A DNA stretch of 64,000 bases from Ignavibacteria bacterium (GCA_026415495.1 JAOAGZ010000002.1:4394-68393); one strand, 5' to 3'. Positions 47,874-57,681 are shown, numbered from the stretch's first letter. The notes: generated by a model from the letters alone, not told the origin. Made by a program: numbers and translations.

Positions 47874-49190
47874 TTATTCTACGACTTCACCAAATAAAGT
47901 AGCTGAAGTTGATTTTTTAATTAATACCTTAACATAATCACCGATTTTATGAACTCCATCGGGATTAGGGAAAATCACAACTTTGTTCGATGAGGAGCGT
48001 CCCATCCATTCTTGTTGTTTCTTTTTGCTTGGAGCTTCGACAAGCACTTCCAAAACTCGACCTTTCTCAAGTTGATTTAATTCTTTTGAAATAGCGTTCT
48101 GTAAATTAATAATTTCATTCAATCTACGAATTTTTGTTTCTTCCGGAACATCATCAGGTTCTTCGAACGCACGGGTTCCTTCGCGAGGTGAATATTTAAA
48201 CATAAATGCACCAGAAAAGCGAACCTGTTTCAATAGGTTTAATGTTTGTTGATGGTCGTCATCAGTTTCAGACGGGTATCCAGCAATAATATCGGTTGTT
48301 ATTGCAGCGTCTGGAATAGCTGATTTTATTTTATTAATAATTGATAAATAATGTTCTACTGTATATCGGCGGTTCATTTTTTTCAGAATACGATTGGAAC
48401 CAGATTGGACAGGCAAATGAATATGCTTGCAAATATTTGGATAATTAGAAATAGCTCGTATTAATTTATCGCTCATATCGCGAGGATGAGATGTAGTAAA
48501 GCGAACACGAAGCAGTGGACTAATTTCGGCAATTTTACTTATCAAAATATCAAAAGTTGAGCCTGTCGATTCATCTTTGTAACTATTTACGTTTTGTCCG
48601 AGCAAAGTAATTTCGCGAAAGCCTTTATTGAAAAGCTGGATGGCTTCATCTATCAAGGATTGCATAGGACGTGAACGTTCACGACCGCGAGTGTGCGGAA
48701 CAACGCAATATGAACAAAAGTTATTGCATCCACGCATAATAGAGAGCCAAGCAGAAATACCTTCTGTGCGAAGCGGAATAATGTCGTCGTAAGTTTCGAC
48801 TGTGCTAAGTTCTACTGCAACAGCTTTGTTGCCTGATAGTGCCTGGTCGAGCAAAGCTGGCATACGGCGATATTCATCAGGACCAATAACAAGATTAACT
48901 GTATTTTCCAAATCGACTAAATGCTCATTGAACCGTTCAGCCATACAACCGATAATCCCGATGACATAACGTTTATTAAGTTTCTTGAATTTATGGTTGT
49001 ATTGTTTCAAGCGTCTAATAACTCTGGATTCTGCATTTTCACGTACAGAACAAGTATTCAGCAATATGGCAGTGGATTCTTCGGGGGTAGAGACAATTTC
49101 CCATCCTGAATTCTTCATAATTGAAGCAACAATTTCCGTATCGTTGAAATTCATCTGACAACCGTATGTTTCAATGTATAGTTTTTTCAA
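47874..49190 (-). CDS. miaB: tRNA-2-methylthio-N6-dimethylallyladenosine synthase
   Basis: 438 aa. It has a UPF0004 N-terminal domain (YIETYGCQMN), the radical-SAM motif CNNFCSYCVVP and a TRAM C-terminal domain. Confidence 0.95.
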   Translation of the reverse strand: MKKLYIETYGCQMNFNDTEIVASIMKNSGWEIVSTPEESTAILLNTCSVRENAESRVIRRLKQYNHKFKKLNKRYVIGIIGCMAERFNEHLVDLENTVNLVIGPDEYRRMPALLDQALSGNKAVAVELSTVETYDDIIPLRTEGISAWLSIMRGCNNFCSYCVVPHTRGRERSRPMQSLIDEAIQLFNKGFREITLLGQNVNSYKDESTGSTFDILISKIAEISPLLRVRFTTSHPRDMSDKLIRAISNYPNICKHIHLPVQSGSNRILKKMNRRYTVEHYLSIINKIKSAIPDAAITTDIIAGYPSETDDDHQQTLNLLKQVRFSGAFMFKYSPREGTRAFEEPDDVPEETKIRRLNEIINLQNAISKELNQLEKGRVLEVLVEAPSKKKQQEWMGRSSSNKVVIFPNPDGVHKIGDYVKVLIKKSTSATLFGEVVE

Positions 49191-49252
49191 TTTATTATCC
49201 CAAAAATGCTATTACATAACATTAAATAGACGTTAATTTCATTAATAAATTT

Positions 49253-50734
49253 TTACTTATGAATGTAATGCATAATTCTTTCGAAAGCAAGTTTGGAACT
49301 AATTATTCCCATTGGAAGTCCAGCGCCGGGATGAGTTGAGGCACCAGCATAGAATACATTTTCGAATACTTCGTCGTAATTTCTGGGTCGGAAAGCACCA
49401 ATTTGCCACATATTGTGAGCAAGCCCGAGCCCACTTCCACGATATAAATTGACTTTATTTTGCCAATCAATTGGTGTGAAGAATCTTTTAGATACAATAT
49501 GGTTATGAATATTAATACCTATTCTGTTCGAAAAATCAATTATTATGCTATTAACTATATTTTCAGCATCATCCCAGTTGTTTTTATATCGTAAATCCGG
49601 AACAGGGCAAACAATAAAAACGCTTTCGCATCCAACGGGAGCAAGTTCTGTATTATGTTTTGAAATTACATTTACGTAATAATAAGGTTTTTCTAATGTA
49701 TCGGGATTACGGTAAACGTTTTTTGCATAATCAGTGTAGTTTTCACCTAAAAAATAATTGTGATGAGCTACATTATCGAGTTTTATGTTCAGTCCCAGGT
49801 ATATTGTAAGATATCCCATCGTCCATTGCATTTTGTCTAATCGAGATTGAGCAAAATCTTTTCTTTTGAGAACTTTGCCACGAAAATAAGCAGCATCAGA
49901 ATTGATAAGATATATGTCTGCAGACCAGGTATTGCCTTTGTCGTCAAGGAAAGCAGATAATTTCGAGTCGTATGATAGGAAATCAATAATTTCAGTGTTG
50001 TAGAAAATTTTTACGTTGTGCTTTTTTAGTTCTTCGAGAATACCTTCGACAATTTTATACATTCCACCTACTACATTGTGATAGCCATCGTGCTTGAACT
50101 CGGTATATGAGAGTAAAGTATAAATTCCCATAGTATCGAATGGAGTTCTGCCAAGAAAGAAAGCAACAAGAGATATGATTTGCTTGACTGTTTCGGAATC
50201 AAAATAACGAGAAACCTGATTATAAAAATTTCTCATAAGAACAGGTAAATGGCGAGGATTGACTTTCATTAAATTTCGGAAATAAGCGAGATAGGAATCA
50301 AAGTTCGATTTGATGACAATATCAATAGTATCGTGGAACATACCACCGGCTTTAGATAAATAATTTTTGAATTTCTGCTCGAACTCAGGTTCAATATCAT
50401 TGAACTGTTCGGTAAGTTTTTTTTCGTTTTTGAAAAGATAAAATAATTTAGAACTGTTGCTAAAATTGACTACATACAGAGGGTCGAGCGGATAGTATTT
50501 AAATGGAAGTTTTATGTTGCAATCTTTTGCAAATTGTTCGAATTCATAGGACATACTAAAGAAACTCGGACCTGTATCGAAAGTAAAACCATCAAAAGAG
50601 AGTTTGTTTAATCTTCCACCAGCGGTTGCTGCTTTCTCGACAATTGTAACCTGAAAACCGTTTGCAGCAAGGCGAAGGGCGGTAGCAAGTCCAGAAATAC
50701 CAGCACCAACAATTAGAACAGATTTATTTTGCAT
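49253..50734 (-). CDS. Phytoene desaturase-family carotenoid desaturase (CrtI/CrtD type)
   Basis: 493 aa. It has an FAD fold (VLIVGAGISGLATALRLA) and a C-terminal GASTHPGAGLP motif. Confidence 0.85.
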   Translation of the reverse strand: MQNKSVLIVGAGISGLATALRLAANGFQVTIVEKAATAGGRLNKLSFDGFTFDTGPSFFSMSYEFEQFAKDCNIKLPFKYYPLDPLYVVNFSNSSKLFYLFKNEKKLTEQFNDIEPEFEQKFKNYLSKAGGMFHDTIDIVIKSNFDSYLAYFRNLMKVNPRHLPVLMRNFYNQVSRYFDSETVKQIISLVAFFLGRTPFDTMGIYTLLSYTEFKHDGYHNVVGGMYKIVEGILEELKKHNVKIFYNTEIIDFLSYDSKLSAFLDDKGNTWSADIYLINSDAAYFRGKVLKRKDFAQSRLDKMQWTMGYLTIYLGLNIKLDNVAHHNYFLGENYTDYAKNVYRNPDTLEKPYYYVNVISKHNTELAPVGCESVFIVCPVPDLRYKNNWDDAENIVNSIIIDFSNRIGINIHNHIVSKRFFTPIDWQNKVNLYRGSGLGLAHNMWQIGAFRPRNYDEVFENVFYAGASTHPGAGLPMGIISSKLAFERIMHYIHK

Positions 50735-51464
50735 TTTTACTCCTAATCTTCTTATTTAATTCGGGGTAGAGTTCGTTTTTTACCCAATGGAAATTTGGGT
50801 AAAGCGACAAAGTAGCTTCATAATATTTTTTTGCTAAATCAAAATTATCGAGTTCGATATAAGTATTAGCAATACTCACAAGAAGATTTAAATAGTTCCA
50901 ATTAGATTTATAAGAATCGTTAGTTTCAAGTATTTTTTTTGCTCTCAGATATGAGTTCAAAGCTTCGGTTTTAGAGCCACCTACAATAGAAGGTGAGTAG
51001 AATTTAATATTGCCCATTTGAAGGTGGGCGAACCAATTATCCTGCGACAACTTAAGAGCATTTTCGGCATTATTGACGCTTTTGGGCCCTAAAAATGGAG
51101 CTTTAAATGGAGACATTGCAACTTTAAACCCTAGAAAAGCTGCCCGATAAGCATAAACTGATGATAGAGAAAATTTTATTTTTTCTAATTCATCGAGAGT
51201 GTTTTCAGCTTTCTCGATATATTTTTTTGCTTCATCGTATTTTTTCTTCCCAACACACCAAGCAATGTAGCCATATTGATAATTCACAAATTCAAGTTTT
51301 TTTTCGGGTGTATCTCTGAACAAGACTTCATTATTATCAATGAAAGATTTCCATTCATTCATTTTATCTGAAACAAAAAATGAAAGGATTTTTTCATTAT
51401 TTTGGGAAAATGCAAGAATTGGAAACATAACCAAAAAAATCATTTTACATAACGACCTTTCCAT
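50724..51464 (-). CDS. Hypothetical secreted helical-repeat (TPR-like) protein embedded in the carotenoid operon
   Basis: 246 aa with a signal peptide (MIFLVMFPILAFSQ). Helical repeats with TPR-like spacing are present (…YDEAKKYIEKA…, …FDLAKKYYEATLSLYPN…). It overlaps both neighbours (25 nt and 11 nt). Confidence 0.55.
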   Translation of the reverse strand: MERSLCKMIFLVMFPILAFSQNNEKILSFFVSDKMNEWKSFIDNNEVLFRDTPEKKLEFVNYQYGYIAWCVGKKKYDEAKKYIEKAENTLDELEKIKFSLSSVYAYRAAFLGFKVAMSPFKAPFLGPKSVNNAENALKLSQDNWFAHLQMGNIKFYSPSIVGGSKTEALNSYLRAKKILETNDSYKSNWNYLNLLVSIANTYIELDNFDLAKKYYEATLSLYPNFHWVKNELYPELNKKIRSKNAK

Positions 51465-52540
51465 AAGTATCCTTTTTTTCTCCTTTCGATTAATGATTTG
51501 AAAATCAAAAAAATTAAAACTATTTGACGAATAGGTTGAGTAAGTATGTTAAAGATAACAGATTGATTGCTAAGTATAAAAATAATAAATAAAGTAATCA
51601 ATTGGATTGTAAAAACGGCGATAAAAAACTGAAAACCAGCAAAATAGAGAGTGAAAGGTAAGGAAAATGTATTGACAAATACATAAAACAAAGCGAAAAG
51701 AGTAGAATTTCTGAAAAATGAAATGACATTTTTTGCGAAACCCTTAATTGCCTCAGAAAAGGAAGAGTACATTCGACAGGTGATTTCATCATCACCGAGA
51801 AAACAAGCAACCGGAACTCTGTTTTTCTTCAAAAAGTAGGCAATAGCAATATCTTCTACCCTATTTGATTTAAATTGTTCATAAGGATTAAATTTATTAT
51901 AAGTATCACGATTATATAACATAAATTGTCCATTAGCAGCAGAAAGAGAAGGAAAGAATCTTGAACGCACAGTAACCAATGGTAGCAATGAGAGTAATAT
52001 AATATTCATCAATGGAACAACCAACTTCTCTCCAAACGAAACCATAACTTGTTTAGGGAAAATACTGATTAGCCCTAATTTTTTACTTTGCATATATGAA
52101 ATTGAACGTAGGAGGATGTTTCCGGAAATGCGTACATCCGCATCTAAAAAAAGAAGATAATCACCTTTTGCGTGTTTGCCTAAATTCCAGCAAGCATAGG
52201 GCTTCCCGTACCAACCTTCAGGCAGAGAAATGCCATTGATTACCTTGATGAAGCTATATTTTTTTGAAAAATTCCCGGCAATGATTCCTGTATCATCATT
52301 TGAAGCATCGTTGTAGATAATTATTTCTAAGTTTGGGTAATTTTGTGATAAAATATCATTTACAAGAATTGGCAAATTGTTTTCTTCGTTTCTTGCAGGA
52401 ATTAATACTGAAACAAGAGGTTCATTCTCCATCTCTAATGGATTTCGAGGCAACTTAATACGAAAGAGTAAATTGCTCAATGCAACCAAAAATTGTAGGA
52501 ATAAAAAAAATAAAATAATATATATTATTAATTCCATCAT
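51440..52540 (-). CDS. Family-2 glycosyltransferase, membrane-bound (CruC-like carotenoid glycosyltransferase by context)
   Basis: 366 aa. It has a GT2 N-terminal domain (VSVLIPARNEE…IIIYNDASNDDT…LFLDADV) and C-terminal TM helices. Confidence 0.8.
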   Translation of the reverse strand: MMELIIYIILFFLFLQFLVALSNLLFRIKLPRNPLEMENEPLVSVLIPARNEENNLPILVNDILSQNYPNLEIIIYNDASNDDTGIIAGNFSKKYSFIKVINGISLPEGWYGKPYACWNLGKHAKGDYLLFLDADVRISGNILLRSISYMQSKKLGLISIFPKQVMVSFGEKLVVPLMNIILLSLLPLVTVRSRFFPSLSAANGQFMLYNRDTYNKFNPYEQFKSNRVEDIAIAYFLKKNRVPVACFLGDDEITCRMYSSFSEAIKGFAKNVISFFRNSTLFALFYVFVNTFSLPFTLYFAGFQFFIAVFTIQLITLFIIFILSNQSVIFNILTQPIRQIVLIFLIFKSLIERRKKGYLWKGRYVK

Positions 52541-53139
52541 TGACGAGATGATAACTTACAAGATTGAAAAAAATCATTATAATCTGCTTCGATTGTCTGA
52601 ATATTCTGAGCTTCCCATTCTTTGAAATACATAAAAAGAGAAGGCTTTCGATACGAAAAGTATTCAATAAAATTACAAACAAACAAAACCTGAATATTGC
52701 CGGATTTATTTATTATTTTACAAATACCTTTCTCAAAATAAATGTAATCTGTATATATACTTTGAATTTCACCCTGTGGAAAGAGGAAAACAGCATTTTG
52801 AGGATTTTCGAGAAGTTTGACAGTGTAATTGAGTGAGCAAACTGCATCTTTTGAGTTTTTCCTGATAGAGAAACCTCCAATTTTATTAAAGAACCTGTAT
52901 TTAAGGAGTTGTTCTTCTAACATCATAAAATAAAGCTTTCTGTGAGTTATTTTTTCATTAAAGTAGTTGAGCCAAAATCCATCCCACCAGCTTTGATGAT
53001 TCGCTAATATCAGGATAGGCTTATTTCTATCAATGAAATTACCTTGCAAACACACTTTTTCAAAATTAAACTTAATCTTGAAATGAGTATAAAATTTAAA
53101 GAATAAATAATAAACGTAATTATGTTTTGCTTCAATCAT
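52537..53139 (-). CDS. PlsC/LPLAT-family acyltransferase (CruD-like carotenoid-glycoside acyltransferase by context)
   Basis: 200 aa. The HX4D motif is ANHQSWWDG, and FPQGE is also present. Confidence 0.7.
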   Translation of the reverse strand: MIEAKHNYVYYLFFKFYTHFKIKFNFEKVCLQGNFIDRNKPILILANHQSWWDGFWLNYFNEKITHRKLYFMMLEEQLLKYRFFNKIGGFSIRKNSKDAVCSLNYTVKLLENPQNAVFLFPQGEIQSIYTDYIYFEKGICKIINKSGNIQVLFVCNFIEYFSYRKPSLFMYFKEWEAQNIQTIEADYNDFFQSCKLSSRQ

Positions 53140-53788
53140 AGATGAAATTTTTTACAATAAAGACAATTAATAAAAACAACATTTGAGAAAAATATATCAG
53201 GAAAGACAATGGATTGTTGAATCTAATTTTAGCAACATAATAAATAGATTGAATAAAAAAAGAAACAAAAAACCACACTACATAATTTTGAATTGGAATT
53301 ATAGAACTTTGCCAATACCACATACCTAAAAAATCAGCAACAAGCTCTACAACTACATCATAAAACAACATCAAAAAAGAGGCAAAAGCAATTTTTAATA
53401 ACCAGTTAGAATTAATTAATCTATTGGAAATTGAAGCAGTTATGTATGACAGGAAGAGCCAGTTAATTCCTATCATTAAAGGCGTATCGAATAGTTTCGG
53501 ACCAAGCCCAATTCCATAGTAGTAATTGCCAAAAACAGCACCAGTTTGCACTCCGGCTACTTCAATGCAAAAAGTGAATAAATATACGAAAGAAAAAATA
53601 ATTATCTCTTTTACTTTGAAACTATCTTGATGAAATAGGAAAATAAGTATAGTTGTAAAAATCAAAGTGAGTGGAGTTAAATATTGAAAAAAATTGTGAG
53701 TAAATTTAATGGAAAATCCTAATGAACCTATAATGTATATTAAAATAATTAGTTTTTTCGCTTCTAATTCACTTATTTTCAGGGTCAT
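53132..53788 (-). CDS. Carotenoid biosynthesis membrane protein (PF04240/CruF-like carotenoid 1,2-hydratase family)
   Basis: 218 aa and polytopic. GAVFGNYYYGIGLGPKLFDTPLMIGINW resembles the family core. Confidence 0.7.
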   Translation of the reverse strand: MTLKISELEAKKLIILIYIIGSLGFSIKFTHNFFQYLTPLTLIFTTILIFLFHQDSFKVKEIIIFSFVYLFTFCIEVAGVQTGAVFGNYYYGIGLGPKLFDTPLMIGINWLFLSYITASISNRLINSNWLLKIAFASFLMLFYDVVVELVADFLGMWYWQSSIIPIQNYVVWFFVSFFIQSIYYVAKIRFNNPLSFLIYFSQMLFLLIVFIVKNFIYD

Positions 53789-54624
53789 AACAATCTCAAT
53801 TTGTAAACGAAGAATGACTTAATTGTAAGCAATAATTTGATAAAATTAGGAACGCTAACTCTTTGTTGCATCACTTTATCTGCTGAAAGTTTATCAATTC
53901 GAGAAATGAGAGAGCGATAATAATAATAAGCTGCTAAAACTGCAAAACGGGCTCTACCTTCCAACTTTCTAATGCCATTGATTGCTTCTGAAAAGTCGTT
54001 TTCAATATCAGTAATAATTTGCTTTTTTACTTCATCAGTGAATTTCTGGTTAATGAGTTCCGGGAAATAAATTCTACTGAGTTGATTATTATCGAAGTTT
54101 AAATCACGCAGAAAGTTAACTTTTTGGAAAGCAGAACCTAAGCTCATAGCTGGATGATAAAGCTCATGATATTTGTGTTCGTCTCCATCGACAAACACTT
54201 TTAAGCACATAAGTCCTACAACATCGGCAGAACCATAAATATATTTTTTGATCTCCTCTCTGGAAGAATAAATGCTTTTGTTAAGGTCGCTTTTCATACT
54301 TGAAAGAAACGCATCAATAAGGTCGTACGGAATGCTATATTTGATTACAGTTTCAGCAAATGCAAAAAGCACAGGGTTTGAGCTAATCCTATGCTTTAAT
54401 GCATATTGCAAATCTTCTTCTAATTCATTGAGCAGTTTCTCTTTGTCGAAGTTGTGAAAAGTATCGACAATTTCATCAGAAAGACGAACAAATCCATAAA
54501 TTGCAAATATAGCTTCTCGCTTTTCTTTCTCCAAAAAACTCGTAGCAAGAGAAAACGAAGTGCTATATTGTTTGGTAATAATCTCGCTAATTTTAAAGGA
54601 GACTGATTTATATAATTCAAGCAT
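53785..54624 (-). CDS. crtB: Phytoene synthase
   Basis: 279 aa. It has SFSLAT…YGFVRLSDEIVD (first DxxxD motif) and AFQKVNFLRDLNFD (second Asp-rich motif). Confidence 0.9.
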   Translation of the reverse strand: MLELYKSVSFKISEIITKQYSTSFSLATSFLEKEKREAIFAIYGFVRLSDEIVDTFHNFDKEKLLNELEEDLQYALKHRISSNPVLFAFAETVIKYSIPYDLIDAFLSSMKSDLNKSIYSSREEIKKYIYGSADVVGLMCLKVFVDGDEHKYHELYHPAMSLGSAFQKVNFLRDLNFDNNQLSRIYFPELINQKFTDEVKKQIITDIENDFSEAINGIRKLEGRARFAVLAAYYYYRSLISRIDKLSADKVMQQRVSVPNFIKLLLTIKSFFVYKLRLL

Positions 54625-54665
54625 TTTTTTTAAAAAAGATAACTGTTAAAAATGTATCCTAAATT

Positions 54666-55604
54666 TCAAATTAAATATTTTTTCTTAACAAAATCTACAA
54701 TAAACTTTGTATTTTCTGTTAAATTCTTATTTAACCATATTATTTCGGGGCACTGATTTCTGAACCAAGTGAGCTGGCGTTTAGCATAATGACGCGTGTT
54801 TTGTTGAATTTTAGAAATTGTATCTTTTTCACTCAATTGCCCTTTTATGAATTGGATAGTTTCTTTGTAACCAACGGTGTTGAGAGCATTCAAGTTTTCA
54901 GAATATCCCATTTCGAGAAGTTGCACAGTTTCTTTAAGAAGTCCATTATTCCACATTTGAACAGTTCTAAGATTGATTTTCTCGTACAGAACTATTCTTG
55001 GATTATCTATTGCAAAATAACAGCAATTATAGTTTTTTTCAACAAACTGAGAATGATGAGAAACAGAAAAAGGAATGCCAGTAAGTCGGTAATGAGATAA
55101 AGCTCGAATAATTCTGCGCGGGTTCATATCCGAATATTTTTGAGCAGAAACAGGGTCAACAGCGGAAAGTTCTTGATAAATAGCTAATCTACCTTTTTCA
55201 GCTAATTCTTGTTCAAGTTGCTCTCTGATTGCAAGGAGTTCATCAGAAGGGGTATCGTCGTGGAAAAAGCCTTCACAAAGTGCCTTGATGTATAGTCCAG
55301 AACCACCGACCACGACAGGAATCTTACCACGAGAAATAATGTCTTGAATAGCATTATCGGCATCCCTTTCAAACATACCTGCAGAATAGTATTCATCAGG
55401 ATTTTTTATGTTGATAAAATGATGTGGAGCGCGTTTTAGTTCATCTTCGGTAGGCTTGGCAGTGCCAATATCCATAAATCTATATATTTGGCGGGAATCA
55501 GCTGAGATAATTTCAACAGGTAAATAGTCAGTTAGAGCAAGAGCAAGTTCTGTTTTACCTGATGCAGTAGGACCTGCAATAATAAGCAATTCAATTTTAT
55601 TCAT
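54666..55604 (-). CDS. miaA: tRNA dimethylallyltransferase
   Basis: 312 aa. It has a P-loop (IIAGPTASGKT), SADSRQIY and MDIGTAKP. Confidence 0.95.
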   Translation of the reverse strand: MNKIELLIIAGPTASGKTELALALTDYLPVEIISADSRQIYRFMDIGTAKPTEDELKRAPHHFINIKNPDEYYSAGMFERDADNAIQDIISRGKIPVVVGGSGLYIKALCEGFFHDDTPSDELLAIREQLEQELAEKGRLAIYQELSAVDPVSAQKYSDMNPRRIIRALSHYRLTGIPFSVSHHSQFVEKNYNCCYFAIDNPRIVLYEKINLRTVQMWNNGLLKETVQLLEMGYSENLNALNTVGYKETIQFIKGQLSEKDTISKIQQNTRHYAKRQLTWFRNQCPEIIWLNKNLTENTKFIVDFVKKKYLI

Positions 55605-56253
55605 TACTCCAACCTTCTTCTCCGATAAGTGGAACGAATCTAAAAGAATCTTTTCTAATAATTTCGTATTGACTTAAAGAGGAACGAATAACAAGTGTCA
55701 TTATTTGTTCACTTCGGGAACCAACCGGGATGACAAGCTTTCCACCTATTTCCAGTTGATTAATTAAGCAAGAAGGGATGTCCGGAGCAGCAGCGGTAAC
55801 AATTATTCTATCGAAAGGGGCAAATTCAGGTAAGCCTTTCGAGCCATCGCCCAAAAACAAGTTTGCCTGAATATTAAGACTTGCAAAAATTTTTTTGACT
55901 TTATTATGCAAAAATTCAATTCGTTCAATAGAGTAGACAATACAACCAAGAATCTGAAGAATGGCACATTGGTATCCACTGCCAGTGCCAATTTCCAACA
56001 CTTTGCAACCTTCGAAGGTATCAAGAAGTTCCGTCATATAAGCAACTGTGTAAGGTTGCGAAATGCTTTGACCACACTCAATTGGAAGAGCGTTATCTAT
56101 GTAAGCTTTTTCCTTTTGGTCGTCCGGGACAAAAATTTCACGCGGGACTTTCTGAATAGCAGTAAGCACTCGCTCATCTTTTATTCCTTTACGGCGAAGA
56201 GAGACGATTAATTTATTTCTTTCTTCCAAAAAGTATTTAGGATTAATAACCAA
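55597..56253 (-). CDS. pcm: Protein-L-isoaspartate O-methyltransferase
   Basis: 218 aa. It has QSISQPYTVA and VLEIGTGSGYQ. It overlaps miaA by 8 nt. Confidence 0.9.
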   Translation of the reverse strand: MVINPKYFLEERNKLIVSLRRKGIKDERVLTAIQKVPREIFVPDDQKEKAYIDNALPIECGQSISQPYTVAYMTELLDTFEGCKVLEIGTGSGYQCAILQILGCIVYSIERIEFLHNKVKKIFASLNIQANLFLGDGSKGLPEFAPFDRIIVTAAAPDIPSCLINQLEIGGKLVIPVGSRSEQIMTLVIRSSLSQYEIIRKDSFRFVPLIGEEGWSNE

Positions 56254-56415
56254 TTTTAATTAACAGATAATTATAAATATAAATTAAAATAATGATTTTT
56301 GAATATTAATGAAAATAATTCTATCAATTATTAAACATTAAAAAATAAAAAAAAAATATATTCGATTAATAAAATTTGAAATAACATACGAAATTAATTA
56401 CATTGAGGATATTAT

Positions 56416-57657
56416 ATGAAAATTCATGAACATCAAGCAAAAGAGTTACTTAGAAAATATGAACTTCCAATATTAAAAAGTGCAGTTGCATATTCAGCAG
56501 ATGAAGTAGGCAAATTGACTTGGGATTTATTTGAATCTCAGGGATCAAGTGTGGTTGTGTTGAAAGCACAAATACACGCCGGAGGAAGAGGAAAAGGTAT
56601 TATTCAAAACGCAGATACAAATGAACCTGTAATGTTTGAAGGAAAACAATTACACGGAGTTACAATTATTAAAAACGGTCAGTTAGCTGATAAAGCATAT
56701 AGAATATCGAAGGAGATTTTTGGGAATAAGCTTGTTACATTGCAAACCGGAGCTGAAGGAAAAATAGTTAATCGAATTTTAATTGAAGAAGGATGCAGCA
56801 TAGAACGTGAATATTATGTTGGAATAGTCCTTGATCGCCAGCTTGGGAAAAATACTATTATGGCATCCACTCAGGGTGGAATGGAAATCGAAAAAGTTGC
56901 AGAAGAGACACCAGAATTAATTTTGAAAGAAATAATTGAACCTAAAATTGGATTTCAAGATTATCAAGCTCGCAGACTTGCATTTGGGTTAGGTTTGGAA
57001 GGTGCAGCATATAAAAATTTTATTGATTTTATCCATAAATTAGTTATCGCTTATGACGAGCTTGATTGCAGTTTGCTCGAAATCAATCCACTTGTCTTGA
57101 CCAGCGATAATAATTTTGTTTTACTTGATGCAAAAATCACTTTTGACGATAATGCTATTTTCAGGCATCCGGAGTATTTAGAATTGCGAGACATAAGCGA
57201 AGAAGATCCATTAGAAGTTGAGGCATCGAAATACGATTTGAACTATATTAAATTAGATGGAAATGTTGGTTGTATGGTAAACGGTGCTGGGCTTGCAATG
57301 GCTACGATGGATATGATAAAGCTTTCAGGTGGCTCGCCGGCGAATTTTCTTGATGTCGGGGGAGGTGCAAATGTTGAACGAATTGCGAATGCCTTCAGAA
57401 TTATGATGAGTGACTCAAACGTTAAGGCAGTATTAATAAACATTTTTGGTGGAATAGTTCGATGCGATAAAGTTGCGAACGGGATAGTGGAAGCATTGAA
57501 AACAGTTCAAGTGAATTTGCCTGTAATAGTGCGATTAGATGGAACAAACGCAGAAGAAGGCAAGCAAATTTTATTGAATTCTGGATTACAATTTGAAGTA
57601 GCTTCCGATTTGAAAGAAGCTGCAGAACTTGTATCAAAAGTATTAAGCAATAATTAA
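56416..57657 (+). CDS. sucC: Succinyl-CoA synthetase (ADP-forming) beta subunit
   Basis: 413 aa. It has MKIHEHQAKELL, an ATP-grasp domain, and a GCMVNGAGLAMATMD…NFLDVGGGA ligase-CoA domain. GAGG lies 7 nt upstream of the start. Confidence 0.95.
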   Translation: MKIHEHQAKELLRKYELPILKSAVAYSADEVGKLTWDLFESQGSSVVVLKAQIHAGGRGKGIIQNADTNEPVMFEGKQLHGVTIIKNGQLADKAYRISKEIFGNKLVTLQTGAEGKIVNRILIEEGCSIEREYYVGIVLDRQLGKNTIMASTQGGMEIEKVAEETPELILKEIIEPKIGFQDYQARRLAFGLGLEGAAYKNFIDFIHKLVIAYDELDCSLLEINPLVLTSDNNFVLLDAKITFDDNAIFRHPEYLELRDISEEDPLEVEASKYDLNYIKLDGNVGCMVNGAGLAMATMDMIKLSGGSPANFLDVGGGANVERIANAFRIMMSDSNVKAVLINIFGGIVRCDKVANGIVEALKTVQVNLPVIVRLDGTNAEEGKQILLNSGLQFEVASDLKEAAELVSKVLSNN

Positions 57658-57681
57658 AGAATATATAATTAAATATAATAA

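Noticed and set aside
56416-57657. sucC is not followed by sucD. A terminator and gmk follow instead.
   Set aside because: This is unusual compared with Proteobacteria or Firmicutes. As far as I recall, separated sucC and sucD occur in FCB-group genomes. The gene itself looks intact, so this is not evidence of anything new.
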